From NCBI GenBank assembly GCA_050115495.1, contig JASFQK010000045.1:1-47058 (forward strand): 47,058 bases of DNA, given 5' to 3'. The translations under genes were made by a program, and so were the position numbers. Source of the DNA: Phycisphaerae bacterium. Lineage in GTDB: Bacteria > Planctomycetota > Phycisphaerae > UBA1845 > Fen-1342. The notes below the pieces were generated by a model. The model ran no database searches. It was not told where the DNA came from and saw nothing but the letters and a program-made list of their open reading frames with translations. Below, one piece after another: positions 19,178 through 28,989 of this stretch (positions are counted from its first letter, which is position 1; every line of letters starts with the position of its first letter).

Positions 19178-19375
19178 TCAGGCATATACGTCAACGCCGC
19201 TCGCCAGGTTCATCACCGCTTCGCTGAAGGCGTCCAGCGCCTCGCCGGCGGCCTGCTGGATCGCGGTTACCGCCGCCGGTTGGGCGCTGCCGGCCGTCAG
19301 GCGCAATAGTCGCGCCGCGACAGCGTATTGCAATTCAGCCTGAGCACGAGCGGTGCTGGCGGTGGAAATGGACAT
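19178..19375 (-). CDS. Small Ala-rich protein, YjfB/putative motility protein-like
   Basis: 65 aa ending in GVDVYA, resembling the G..VD..A C-terminus of YjfB-type proteins. Lies directly upstream of the DGC gene. Confidence 0.5.
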   Translation of the reverse strand: MSISTASTARAQAELQYAVAARLLRLTAGSAQPAAVTAIQQAAGEALDAFSEAVMNLASGVDVYA

Positions 19376-19436
19376 CTCGTTTGCCACGCCTGGTCCTGCC
19401 GATTCCGGGTCCTGCTGTCTCCAGATGCTACGGGAC

Positions 19437-19465
19437 AAATCGGCGGATTTCCGGGGCGAGCTTCA
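19437..19465 (-). promoter_or_regulatory. Candidate sigma28/FliA-like promoter (TGAAG-N16-GCCGATTT)
   Basis: GCCGAT -10 box ~60 bp upstream of ATG 19375, with the same spacing as the motif at 9414-9442. Confidence 0.35.
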
Positions 19466-19648
19466 CACGCGGGCAGGAACCGTTCACGCTCGGTCGAGGC
19501 GGACATCCGACAGCGGGCCGCGCCATCCTATCGGACCTCCCTCCGCCGAACTACGACCCCCCCGACGGCGCGGGTATGATAACCCGCTGGGCCTCGACCC
19601 GCCGCGACCGGTGCTGTCGGCGGGCCGCGACGGCCTGGGAGCATGTGA

Positions 19649-20473
19649 ATGAATATGTCGGCGCTGGCGCGGGTCGACCTCCGCGCCCTGAAACAGATGA
19701 AGGCCGAGGGGCGCAAGTTCGCCATGCTGACCGCCTATGACTTCCCGACCGCCGTTGCGGCGGAGGCGGCCGGCGTGCATGCCCTGCTCGTCGGCGACTC
19801 GATGGGCACCGTGCTGCTCGGCCACGAGAGCACTCGCACTACGCCGCTCTCGCTGCTGCTCACGCTGGGCGAGGCCGTTCGCCGCGGTGCGCCACATGTG
19901 TACCTGGTCGGCGACATGCCTTACGAGTCCGTCGCCGCCGGCGCCGAGGCTGCGGTGGCTGCCGCCCGCCGGTTCCTCGATGAGGTGCACTGCGACGCCG
20001 TGAAGTTCGAGGCCGGTTCGGAAGATGATGGTCTGGTCGCCCGGCTGACCGAAGCCGGTGTGGACACGATCGCACATCTGGGCCTGCGACCGCAGCAGGT
20101 GCTCACGTCGGACGGGTATCGGGCGCAGGCGCGCGATCAGGCCGGCATCGAAGCGCTTGTCGAAGTCGCCCGGCGCATGGTGGCTGCTGGCGCGGTCATG
20201 CTGCTGATCGAGGCGGTGCCAGCGGCCGCTGCTGCTGCCGTGGTCGAGGCGGTCGACGTGCCGGTGATCGGCTGCGGGGCCGGGCCTGCCTGCGACGGGC
20301 ACGTGCTCGTGACGCAGGACATGCTCGGCATCGGCAACGCGCGTCCGCCGCGCTTCGTGCCCGTTCATGCCCACCTGGGTGACGAGATGCAGGCGGCCAT
20401 GAAGCGCTACGTGGACGACATCGTGCAGGGGCAGTATCCGGGACCCGCGCACGTCTACGGCATGCGCTCGTGA
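19649..20473 (+). CDS. panB: 3-methyl-2-oxobutanoate hydroxymethyltransferase
   Basis: MLTAYD, LLVGDS, GDMPY, HLGLRPQ, IGCGAG and CDGHVLV. Confidence 0.95.
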   Translation: MNMSALARVDLRALKQMKAEGRKFAMLTAYDFPTAVAAEAAGVHALLVGDSMGTVLLGHESTRTTPLSLLLTLGEAVRRGAPHVYLVGDMPYESVAAGAEAAVAAARRFLDEVHCDAVKFEAGSEDDGLVARLTEAGVDTIAHLGLRPQQVLTSDGYRAQARDQAGIEALVEVARRMVAAGAVMLLIEAVPAAAAAAVVEAVDVPVIGCGAGPACDGHVLVTQDMLGIGNARPPRFVPVHAHLGDEMQAAMKRYVDDIVQGQYPGPAHVYGMRS

Positions 20474-20520
20474 CCATGCCGGCTCGCCCACCGCTGCGGA
20501 CCTGATGGAGCAGGTGTTTG

Positions 20521-21321
20521 ATGCAGGCACGCCTGACGGCGGAGAACCTGTTTCCCGATGGGCCGTTGCGGCGCCTGGGTTGGCACGTCGACGTCTTCGA
20601 CGAGGTAGACAGCACCAACGCCTATCTGTTGGCTCGCGCCGGCGATCTGCCCGACGGGGCCGTTGCCTGTGCCGAGTTTCAGCACGCCGGGCGCGGGCGG
20701 CTCGGGCGGCGCTGGGAGGCTCCGCGCGGCGGATCGGTGCTGCTGAGCGTGCTGCTCAAGGGGCCGGCGACGTCGCCGCTGTTGCGCCAGGCGACGTTGC
20801 TTGGGGCTGTGGCGGCCTGCGAGGCGATTGAGGCGACGACGGATTGCCGGCCCGTGCTGCGCTGGCCGAACGACCTGATGATCGGCGGGCGCAAGATCGG
20901 CGGTGTGCTCGTGGAGAGCACGACGGTTGGCGGGGCGGCGCAGCGGGCCGTCGTGCTGGGCATCGGCGTGAACTGCCTTCAGCAGCGGGCGCACTTCGCG
21001 GGACCACTGGCGGATGTGGCCACGTCGCTCGAGATTGAATCGCCGCACGCGATCGACCGCCTGGCTGTGGCCCGCGGTCTGCTCGCGCGGTTGGACGAAC
21101 GGCTATGCGTCGATGCGGACGAGGTGGCGGTGATGGCCGAGGTTCTCGCCGCGTGGAAGGGCCGCTGCGACGATGTGGGTCGGCGCGTCCGGTTGCAGCA
21201 CGACCGCCGCACGCAGAGCGGCACGGTGCTCGATATCAGCGAAGACGGGGATCTGCTCGTTCAGCTCGACGATGGCGGGAGGAGGTACTTTGCCTCGGCG
21301 GCGACGACACGGCTCGTCTAA
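20521..21321 (+). CDS. birA: Biotin--[acetyl-CoA carboxylase] ligase (no HTH domain)
   Basis: VDSTN, QHAGRGRLGRRW, RWPND, KIGGVLVE and GIGVN. Confidence 0.93.
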   Translation: MQARLTAENLFPDGPLRRLGWHVDVFDEVDSTNAYLLARAGDLPDGAVACAEFQHAGRGRLGRRWEAPRGGSVLLSVLLKGPATSPLLRQATLLGAVAACEAIEATTDCRPVLRWPNDLMIGGRKIGGVLVESTTVGGAAQRAVVLGIGVNCLQQRAHFAGPLADVATSLEIESPHAIDRLAVARGLLARLDERLCVDADEVAVMAEVLAAWKGRCDDVGRRVRLQHDRRTQSGTVLDISEDGDLLVQLDDGGRRYFASAATTRLV

Positions 21322-23320
21322 GCGCGGCAGGCCGCTGCGGGCGAAGCAGCGTGTCCAGGTCATCCCGGCCGCCCCGCGTGCACCTGCGCCGCCGGTCGCG
21401 CCGCCCCCGCCGGCACCTGCGCCCACGCCTGCACGAACACTCAAACGCCTGTTGCCGGTAGCGACGGGGCTGTGGCAGGTGGGGGGCTGTGCGGGGCTGT
21501 GCGGCTTCGGCGTGACACTTGGTCTGATCGTCGTGCTCGATGAGCTGGGCTATCACGTGGCGCGGCCGGGGCATGTCGCGGCGCTGGCGGCGACGGCGCT
21601 GGGGGCGGGGGTCGTGCTCGGGTTCTGGCTGCCGCGCGTGGTGATTCGCCGGCGGCTACCTGCACTCGCGGATGCGCCGGCGAGTGTGGCCGAAGGGGGC
21701 GTCGCACCGGAGTTCGCCGCGTCGCTGGTGGGCGGAGTGGTGCTGGCCGGTGCGCTGTTGTGGACGGTGTTGTGCGGGATGGCGTGGGGTATGGAGAGCT
21801 ATCGGGCGTTCCTCACGCGTCATTTCGTGTTGCCGGCGTCGACGGCACGGGCGGTGCTGCTGTTGCCGCTGAGTGTGGGGCTCGCGTTCGCCGGGGCGAG
21901 TGCGGCTACAACGCTGACGGCGCTGCGCGGATGGCTGCGAGTACGGGCGCCGATGCCGCATGCTCACGCCTTGCTCTGGGCGATCATGTTGGCTGCGATG
22001 ACGCTGGCGGGCACTGTCGCTTTCGCCTGGCCGCAGCGTAACGGACTGACTCTGGTCGCGCTACTGGCGAGCTTCTCGGCGGCGATCTTCGCCGTGGGAC
22101 GCCTGCGGCGGCGCGGCGGCGCGGCGTCGCCACGGCCATCGAGCCGGCCGGCAGCCGACATCGCCCCAGCGGAGCAGGAGCAGCCGTACGACAACACGTC
22201 GGCGGCCGGTGTCGCCGTCGTGTCGGCGTGCTCCGCCGGCTTGGCGCTGGCGGGGGTGCTGACCGGCGAATTGCCGGAGGCAACGCAGCTCGGCCGCATG
22301 ATCGCTGTCGCTGCCGGCGGGGCGCTGATCGGTCTGCTGCTCGGGCGGTGGGTGCTGCGCTGGAAAGGGTTGGCGTCGGCGTTGCTGGTGGTCCTGTTCG
22401 GTACCGGTGGTGCGTGGGCGCTGATGCTCGCCGTGCACGGGGGCGGACTGCTGCGCCTGAGCGCGGCCACGATCTGTGCCGCGGCCGGGCTCGTGCTCGT
22501 TGGGGCTCGACTGCGTGATGTGTATGGTAGCACGCAGCGGGCGCTGGCCTACACAGGCTCTGTCACGGCGGCGATCGGCGGCGCGGCAGCGCTGGCGGCC
22601 GGCGTGTGGCCGGCACGGCTCGGCGTCAATGCGTCGACCGTGCTCGTCGTACTGCTCGCGACAGCGGCGGCCGGACTGGTGCTGGCGAACCAGCGTACCG
22701 GTCGGCGGCGATGGTCCGTGGGCGGCGCGGTGGTGCTCGGCATTTGGTTGGTGCTGCTCGTCGGTGTGTATGGATCTGCCCCTGGCGCCGCGCCGACCGG
22801 CACGCCGCCGACGAGCAAGGTATTCCCGCTGGTCCAGTGGATCGGTAACCGCCCGGGCTCGCCAATCGGACGCATCTGCGCCGCGCGTTTCCCCGCCGCC
22901 GGTTGTGAGGCGAGCGCCTGGGACGTCGATCTCGGTGGACCACGCTGGGCATTGCTGACCATCACGCCAACGGCCGACGGTACGGTCGACGCCGACCTTA
23001 GCCGGCGCCTTGGCCGCCGGGTCGTGCAGCGTTGCACGCGGGCCCTGGCTCGCGGCGGGCACCTACTGCTCGAGTTGCCGGCCGGAGCGCTGGCTCATGC
23101 TGCCCAGGACGTCGCCCGGCAGCAGCAGGCCGACGGCTGGAGCAGCTACCTGTTGCGCGTGGCCGGTCCGCCGCACGCCGCCGACGCGCTCGTCGTCGGC
23201 CCGGATGTGCCCGCGTGGGTCGCCCAGCAACCCTGGCCGGCGGACGTGGTCTGGACGCTGTACGAGGTCCCGCGGCGGCGGGATCTGGAGTGGATGCTGA
23301 ACCAGAAGAGGCAACCGTAA
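21272..23320 (+). CDS. Polytopic membrane protein with soluble C-terminal domain (degenerate MFS/spermidine synthase-like fusion?)
   Basis: About a dozen hydrophobic segments, then RALARGGHLLLE resembling a methyltransferase-fold strand. Start uncertain (21272, 21452 or 21479). Confidence 0.55.
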   Translation: MAGGGTLPRRRRHGSSKRGRPLRAKQRVQVIPAAPRAPAPPVAPPPPAPAPTPARTLKRLLPVATGLWQVGGCAGLCGFGVTLGLIVVLDELGYHVARPGHVAALAATALGAGVVLGFWLPRVVIRRRLPALADAPASVAEGGVAPEFAASLVGGVVLAGALLWTVLCGMAWGMESYRAFLTRHFVLPASTARAVLLLPLSVGLAFAGASAATTLTALRGWLRVRAPMPHAHALLWAIMLAAMTLAGTVAFAWPQRNGLTLVALLASFSAAIFAVGRLRRRGGAASPRPSSRPAADIAPAEQEQPYDNTSAAGVAVVSACSAGLALAGVLTGELPEATQLGRMIAVAAGGALIGLLLGRWVLRWKGLASALLVVLFGTGGAWALMLAVHGGGLLRLSAATICAAAGLVLVGARLRDVYGSTQRALAYTGSVTAAIGGAAALAAGVWPARLGVNASTVLVVLLATAAAGLVLANQRTGRRRWSVGGAVVLGIWLVLLVGVYGSAPGAAPTGTPPTSKVFPLVQWIGNRPGSPIGRICAARFPAAGCEASAWDVDLGGPRWALLTITPTADGTVDADLSRRLGRRVVQRCTRALARGGHLLLELPAGALAHAAQDVARQQQADGWSSYLLRVAGPPHAADALVVGPDVPAWVAQQPWPADVVWTLYEVPRRRDLEWMLNQKRQP

Positions 23321-23423
23321 CGGGTCCGCCGGCCCCCGGCGCTTAACTTCATCGCCGGCGCGCGTTACGCTCCCGGTTTCGCCAGACTCGAGCGCTGCGG
23401 CGCTGACGAGAGAGAGGAAGAAC

Positions 23424-24329
23424 ATGTCGCTGCTGGTTACCGGTTCCGTGGGTATCGACACGCTGGAAACGCCGCTGGGGCGGGCCGAGAACGTCATCGG
23501 CGGTTCGGCCATCTACTTCTCGCTGGCGGCGGCGCATTTCTCGCCGGTACGGCTGGTGGCGGCGGTGGGCGAGGATTTCGATCAGAAGATGCTGGACCCG
23601 CTGCGGAGCAAGCCGATCGACCTGCGTGGGCTGGAAGTCCGCCGGGGAAGCAAGACGTTCCGCTGGACGGGCAAGTACGTGGGGGCGATGAGCGAGGCGG
23701 AGACGGTCGGCGTGCAATTGAATGTGCTGGCCGAGCGCGGGGCCCCCATCCCCGCCGAGTTTGCCGACAGCCGCTTCGTTTTCCTGGCCAACACGCACCC
23801 GGCGTTGCAGCGCGAGTTCGCCCGGCAACTGCCGAAGGCCGAGCTCGTCGTCTGCGACACGATGAACCTGTGGATCGAGAACGAGCCGGACGAGCTGCGC
23901 AAGACACTGGCTGTCGTACACGGGCTGGTGCTCAACGAGGGTGAAGCGCGTCTGCTGACGGGCCGGACGAACCTCGTCACCGCTGGCCGCGACATCCTGA
24001 AGCTCGGCCCGCGTTTCGTGATCGTCAAGAAGGGCGAGCACGGCAGCCTCCTGGTCACGCCCGACGAATTGGCGGTCGTGCCCGCGTACCCGAGCGAACG
24101 CGTCGTCGATCCGACCGGCTGCGGCGACAGCTTCGCCGGCGCCCTGATGGGCTATCTGGCGGCGCAGGGCACGTTCGACCCGCGGCACCTGCGGCCGGCG
24201 ATGGCCCGCGGCAGCGTGGTGGCGTCGTTCGTGCTCGAGTCGTTCTCGGTCGAGGCCTCAGCCGCGACGACGCCGGCCGACGTCGAGTCGCGGCTGGCCG
24301 AGCTGAAGAGCCTCAGTCGGTTCGAGTAG
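23424..24329 (+). CDS. PfkB-family carbohydrate/nucleoside kinase
   Basis: GGSAIY, LNEGEA, VKKGEHG and DPTGCGDSFAG. GAGG RBS. Confidence 0.92.
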   Translation: MSLLVTGSVGIDTLETPLGRAENVIGGSAIYFSLAAAHFSPVRLVAAVGEDFDQKMLDPLRSKPIDLRGLEVRRGSKTFRWTGKYVGAMSEAETVGVQLNVLAERGAPIPAEFADSRFVFLANTHPALQREFARQLPKAELVVCDTMNLWIENEPDELRKTLAVVHGLVLNEGEARLLTGRTNLVTAGRDILKLGPRFVIVKKGEHGSLLVTPDELAVVPAYPSERVVDPTGCGDSFAGALMGYLAAQGTFDPRHLRPAMARGSVVASFVLESFSVEASAATTPADVESRLAELKSLSRFE

Positions 24330-24351
24330 GGCGCAGGACAGGGAGCTGGAC

Positions 24352-24912
24352 ATGCGCTGTTTCGTGGCGGTGGCGTTGGCGCCGGCTTTGCGGCGGTCGC
24401 TGCTCCGCCTGCTGGGTGGCCTGCCCCGCAGCCGCGAGGTGCGCTGGTGCACCGAGGATCAGTTGCACGTGACGCTGAAGTTCCTGGGCGACGTGGCCGA
24501 CGGCCGCGTGCCGCAGGTGGCCGAAGTGATGAAGACAGCCGCCGCCGGGATCGAGCCGTTTGCGTTGCGGCTGGGCAAGCTGGGCTGTTTTCCGTCGCCG
24601 CGACATCCGCGCGTGCTGTGGTGCGGGTTGGACGATGCGGCGAACGGGTGCGCCCGCTGGCTGGCAGCGGCCGACCCGCTGCTGGGCGAGATGGGCTTCG
24701 AGCGCGAGACGCGGGCCTTCACGCCGCACATCACGCTCGGCCGCAGCAAGAGCAGTGCGGGCAGCGGCGAGTTGCAGCGGGCCCTCGAAACGACGGCGCC
24801 GCCGCCGGCCGAAGAGATAGTTGTTGAGGAAGTGACGTTGTTCGAAAGTCGCTTGCTGCCACAGGGGGCGCAGTACACCGTGGTGGCGACGGCGAAGCTG
24901 GGCCGAGCGTAG
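24352..24912 (+). CDS. thpR: RNA 2',3'-cyclic phosphodiesterase (2H family)
   Basis: MRCFVAV, LHVTLKFLG, PRVLW, FTPHITLGR and LFESRL. Confidence 0.92.
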   Translation: MRCFVAVALAPALRRSLLRLLGGLPRSREVRWCTEDQLHVTLKFLGDVADGRVPQVAEVMKTAAAGIEPFALRLGKLGCFPSPRHPRVLWCGLDDAANGCARWLAAADPLLGEMGFERETRAFTPHITLGRSKSSAGSGELQRALETTAPPPAEEIVVEEVTLFESRLLPQGAQYTVVATAKLGRA

Positions 24913-24986
24913 GCGGCCCGTTTTGGACACGTGTCCGGCGGTGGGCCAGCATGACGCCCCGCCGGACGGAGAGCAGGACAACATAC

Positions 24987-25526
24987 ATGGCGAAGAAGGG
25001 CCAGGTCGTCACGGCGGTGTATGCGGGCTCGTTCGATCCGGTCACGCTGGGGCACCTCGACGTGATTCGGCGGGCCTCGCGATTGTTCAACCGGCTGGTG
25101 GTCGGCGTGGGGCGCAATCCGGACAAGCGGGAGATGTTCACGCAGGCTGAGCGTGTGGCCCTGCTTACGCCGCACCTGGCCGAGCTGCCCAATACGTGCG
25201 TTGAGGCCTACCAGGGCCTGACGACCGATTTCGCCCGTTCGGTCGGCGCGCTCGTGCTGGTCCGCGGTATCCGCGACTTCACCGACCTCAGCTTTGAGCT
25301 GCTCCAGGCGAACGTGAACCGCACCATCGGCGGGATGGAGACGGCCTTCCTGCTGACCAGCGATCAGCACGTGCTGACCTCGAGCACGTACATCCGCCAG
25401 GTGTACGAGATGGGCGGGGGCGATCGCGAGCGGATCGAGCGGCTCGTGCCGGCGAACGTCGCACAGCTCCTCGAACGCAAGCTGGGTGGCAAACGGCCGC
25501 GACGCAAGCCGGCCAGGAAGGGATAG
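24987..25526 (+). CDS. coaD: Pantetheine-phosphate adenylyltransferase
   Basis: YAGSFDPVTLGHLDVI, NPDK, RGIRDFTD and SSTYIR. Confidence 0.95.
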   Translation: MAKKGQVVTAVYAGSFDPVTLGHLDVIRRASRLFNRLVVGVGRNPDKREMFTQAERVALLTPHLAELPNTCVEAYQGLTTDFARSVGALVLVRGIRDFTDLSFELLQANVNRTIGGMETAFLLTSDQHVLTSSTYIRQVYEMGGGDRERIERLVPANVAQLLERKLGGKRPRRKPARKG

Positions 25527-25533
25527 CAGGCGC

Positions 25534-26634
25534 ATGCACGGATGCCGATGGGTCTGGGCGTGGCTGGCGGCGGGCTGGGTGGTGTTGCTGCTGCCGCCGA
25601 CGGCGACCGCGCAGCGGGACGATGACCTGCGGCCGCTCGTCGAGCGCATCGCTCGCGGCGACGATGACGAGGCCGCCGAGGCAACTGATGCGCTGTTGGC
25701 GCGGATTACCGGACCGCTGGAGAAGGCGCTCGCCGGGATGGAGACTCGCCCGCCCGCGGAGCAGCGCCGCCTGCTTGCTGCCGTCGGGCGCGTGCTGGCC
25801 AACATTCGCCTGCGGCTGTACCGCGGCACGTTGCCACCGGCTGACCGGAAGCTGCTCGACGACTTCGCCCGGCGGGACGCCCGCTTGGTGGAGCAGTTGT
25901 TCGATGATGATCCGCGGCGGCGGCTGGCTGCTTTGCACCGCATCCCGCTCGATGCGGACAGCGGGGCCGGTGTGCTCGTCGTGGCCAAGGTATACGACTG
26001 GAACGCCGAGGTGGCCGACGCGGCTCTCGATGTCGCTCTGCTGCTGAAGGACGCCGTCGTGGCGCGGGGGCTGGCCCGCTTCGTGGCTGAGGCCGCCGAC
26101 GCTGTCGGCTCCGGCCAGTTCGGTCCAGAGGATCAGGACACAGCGCTGGTGTTGGCGGACTTCTGCCGGCGGGCCATTCGCGTCATCGGTGAGGCCGGGG
26201 CGCGGGACGCCGGCTCGACGATCGTCGCTGCCCTGAAGACCTTTGGCCATCCGCCTTATCGGAAGTTGTTCGCCGTCGGCGACGCACTGCCGGTGTTGGG
26301 GCAGACCGGCGACGAGCAGGTCGTCGATGTGCTGCTGGCGTTCCTGAACGAGCGGGAAGTGCACGCGGTTCGCGTCCTCGCCCCGGGGCAGGCGCTCCAG
26401 CAGACAGTGGGTGATGCGGCGTTACTGGGACTGGCGCGCATCTACGGTTTGTCTCCCGAGGCGCTGGGCTTCGAGGTGGATGCGGCCAGCGGTCTGGCCG
26501 GTTTCACCAGCGCTGAGAAGCGGGCCGAGGCCGTGCGGATGTTCCGCAGTTGGCACGGGCGTAATGCCGGCCTGCCGCCGGCGGACCGGACCCCGCTCGC
26601 AACGCAGCCGGCTGGACAGGAGCCGGCGCCATGA
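25534..26634 (+). CDS. Hypothetical exported helical (HEAT-like) repeat protein
   Basis: Signal peptide (ATA/Q), helical repeats such as DDDPRRRLAAL and TVGDAALLGL. ATGA coupling to the next gene. Confidence 0.65.
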   Translation: MHGCRWVWAWLAAGWVVLLLPPTATAQRDDDLRPLVERIARGDDDEAAEATDALLARITGPLEKALAGMETRPPAEQRRLLAAVGRVLANIRLRLYRGTLPPADRKLLDDFARRDARLVEQLFDDDPRRRLAALHRIPLDADSGAGVLVVAKVYDWNAEVADAALDVALLLKDAVVARGLARFVAEAADAVGSGQFGPEDQDTALVLADFCRRAIRVIGEAGARDAGSTIVAALKTFGHPPYRKLFAVGDALPVLGQTGDEQVVDVLLAFLNEREVHAVRVLAPGQALQQTVGDAALLGLARIYGLSPEALGFEVDAASGLAGFTSAEKRAEAVRMFRSWHGRNAGLPPADRTPLATQPAGQEPAP

Positions 26635-27884
26635 AGCTGCCGCGCCGTCGCACATCGCCGCGAGCCGTCCTGCTGGGTGCCGTGCTGTTCATCGCCCTGG
26701 GCAGCGGCGTGTACTTGGTGGCACCCTGGGTGCTGCCCGTGCGCATCGTCGAGGGTCCGATGGTCCAGGGGGCCGGCGAGCACGGCGCCACGCTCATCTG
26801 GTACACGACACGCCCCGTGGACAGCGGAAGCTGCCAGGTGGACGTGACCGTCGCCGGTGAGGACCGCACGTTGCCCGCCGAAGCAGACGGCTGCCGGCAG
26901 CGCGTGCGTATCGACGGACTCGCGCCGGGCGAACTCTGTCCGTACGAGATTCGCCTCGGCCGGCGTACGCTGGCCCACAGCACGCTGCACACGGACCGCC
27001 CCGCGTCGGAACCGTTCAGCTTCATCGTCTTCGGCGACAGCGGCAGGGGCACACAGGCCCAGTACCTGCTGGCGGCGCGCATGGGCATGGTGGAGTACCG
27101 GCCCGATTTCGTCCTGCACACGGGCGATTTGGTCTACGGCGCCGGCGAGCGTGAGAAGTACGGCGATCGTTTCTTCGCGCCGTACCGTGCCCTGCTGGCC
27201 GAGATCAACTTCTGGCCGGCACTCGGCAACCACGACATCAAGACCGATGGTGGCCAGCCGTACTTCGACGTCTTTGAGCTGCCCGAGAACGGGCCGGCCG
27301 GGCTGCCCGCGGAGAGCAACTACTGGTTCGACTACGCTGCGGCTCGCGTGGTGGTCATCGACAGCAACCTGGACGAAGTGGTGCTGCGGGACAAGGTGGC
27401 ACAATGGCTGCGCGACGTCTTCGCCGCTCGGCCGGAGGGCTGGCGGTTTGTGTCCCTGCATCATCCGCCGTATACCGCCGGTGCATACAAGCCTGATGTG
27501 CGCGTGCAGCGGGCCCTCGTGCCCGTATTCGAGGAGGCCGGCGTCGACGTCGTTTTCAGCGGGCACGACCATATGTACGAGCGAACCTACCCGCTGCGCG
27601 GCGGGCAGGTGGTCGAGCGCGGTGTCGTCTATGTGGTGAGCGGTGCCGGCGGCGCCGGGCTCTACGAGGCGCTGCCGCCGGACAAGCGACCGGCGTACAT
27701 CGCTGCCCTGAACAACGACCGGTATAGCTTCACACAAGTGCGCATCGATGGGGACACGCTGCGCTTGCGGCAGGTGGACGTCGATGGGCACGTGTTGGAC
27801 GAGTGGGAGTTGGGAAAGACGATTCCGACGTCCGCCCCGGCCTCAGCGCCGGCTGCGTCGCAGCCGGGCGTGCCGGCGCCGTGA
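26631..27884 (+). CDS. Purple acid phosphatase-like metallophosphoesterase
   Basis: FGDSG, HTGDLVY, GNHD, HHPPY and GHDHMYER. N-terminal TM anchor and FN3-like domain. Confidence 0.9.
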   Translation: MKLPRRRTSPRAVLLGAVLFIALGSGVYLVAPWVLPVRIVEGPMVQGAGEHGATLIWYTTRPVDSGSCQVDVTVAGEDRTLPAEADGCRQRVRIDGLAPGELCPYEIRLGRRTLAHSTLHTDRPASEPFSFIVFGDSGRGTQAQYLLAARMGMVEYRPDFVLHTGDLVYGAGEREKYGDRFFAPYRALLAEINFWPALGNHDIKTDGGQPYFDVFELPENGPAGLPAESNYWFDYAAARVVVIDSNLDEVVLRDKVAQWLRDVFAARPEGWRFVSLHHPPYTAGAYKPDVRVQRALVPVFEEAGVDVVFSGHDHMYERTYPLRGGQVVERGVVYVVSGAGGAGLYEALPPDKRPAYIAALNNDRYSFTQVRIDGDTLRLRQVDVDGHVLDEWELGKTIPTSAPASAPAASQPGVPAP

Positions 27885-28001
27885 CGCTTGCTGCCCACGC
27901 GTGAAGTGAACGTTGGGGTTCGAGGGGTTATCGCCGGCCGACGTCGGCCACGGGGGGCCGACGCTGCCTGTGGCGGCGGGCACTGTTGGCGCGATGGTGT
28001 G

Positions 28002-28970
28002 TCAGGGGTTCGTGTTGTCCGCTGGTGCGGTGTTCGTCTTTTCGACAAGCTTCGCGCAGGCGTCCAGCAGTTCCGGCGTCGGGGCGACGTATCCCGTGAT
28101 GCCCAGTGGTTGCATGGCATCCGCGTGATGCACGCTCAGGTCGAGCAGCGCTTCCCGGACCTGGGTCACCGTGGCCTCCGGCAGCTTCGGCGACGCCACG
28201 ACCAGGCCGATCGGCACACCCGTCGTCTCGGCGACCACGCGGAGGCGGTCCTGGGCCGGTTCATCCTGCGCGTCGGAATGCGGCGGCAGGTCGTTCCAGG
28301 CGGCTATGTCCAGGAAGCCGGCGTCAGAGCTGAGGTTCATCACCGTTTGGGCCAGCGAGCGGGCGTTCGGCATGTGCTTGAGCGAGCCGGGCACCGGCAA
28401 TAGCTCGAGTGACAGGTCCTTCTTCGCCAGGCCGTGCGCGGCCAGCAGCCTCAGCGCGGCCAGATGCGCACGTCCGTTCCCGGCCGGGCCGAACGTCACG
28501 GTCCGCCCGCGCAGGTCCTCTACGCAGGTGATGTCCGACTTCGCCGGGACGATCAGCACCGCCGGGCGCGTCGTCTGCCCGTTGCGATCGACGGCGAAGG
28601 CGACGACGGGGTAGCTCTCGCGCTGATCCAGGCGGGCGTACTGCCCGGGGGAGATGATCGCCAGGTGCGACATGCCGCTGCGCAGCGCGGCGGGAAGCTG
28701 GATGGGGAAGCACAGATCCAGCCCGACGGGCCGGGCCAGGCTGTCGCCGAGGGCGGTCTGCATCTTCTGATAGGGAGCGAACGGGTCGAAGATGGCCAGG
28801 GCACTTTCCTGCTTCTCCGTCTGTCGCTCGGCGACCAGGGCCACCACGAGGGGGTCCTTCTTGATGCCGATCAGGCTCAGGAATCGCAGGGACGCGCTTT
28901 GGCAGCCGGTCAGCGTCGTCAGGATCACGAGGAGCAGAAGCGGGCAGAGAAGCTGAGCGCTCCGTCGCAT
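28002..28970 (-). CDS. PhnD/SsuA-type periplasmic substrate-binding lipoprotein
   Basis: Lipobox LTGC, LIVPAKSDITCVEDLRGRTVTFG, DAGF and LRVVAET. AAGGAG RBS. Confidence 0.75.
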   Translation of the reverse strand: MRRSAQLLCPLLLLVILTTLTGCQSASLRFLSLIGIKKDPLVVALVAERQTEKQESALAIFDPFAPYQKMQTALGDSLARPVGLDLCFPIQLPAALRSGMSHLAIISPGQYARLDQRESYPVVAFAVDRNGQTTRPAVLIVPAKSDITCVEDLRGRTVTFGPAGNGRAHLAALRLLAAHGLAKKDLSLELLPVPGSLKHMPNARSLAQTVMNLSSDAGFLDIAAWNDLPPHSDAQDEPAQDRLRVVAETTGVPIGLVVASPKLPEATVTQVREALLDLSVHHADAMQPLGITGYVAPTPELLDACAKLVEKTNTAPADNTNP

Positions 28971-28989
28971 GGGAGACTCCTTCACTGAA

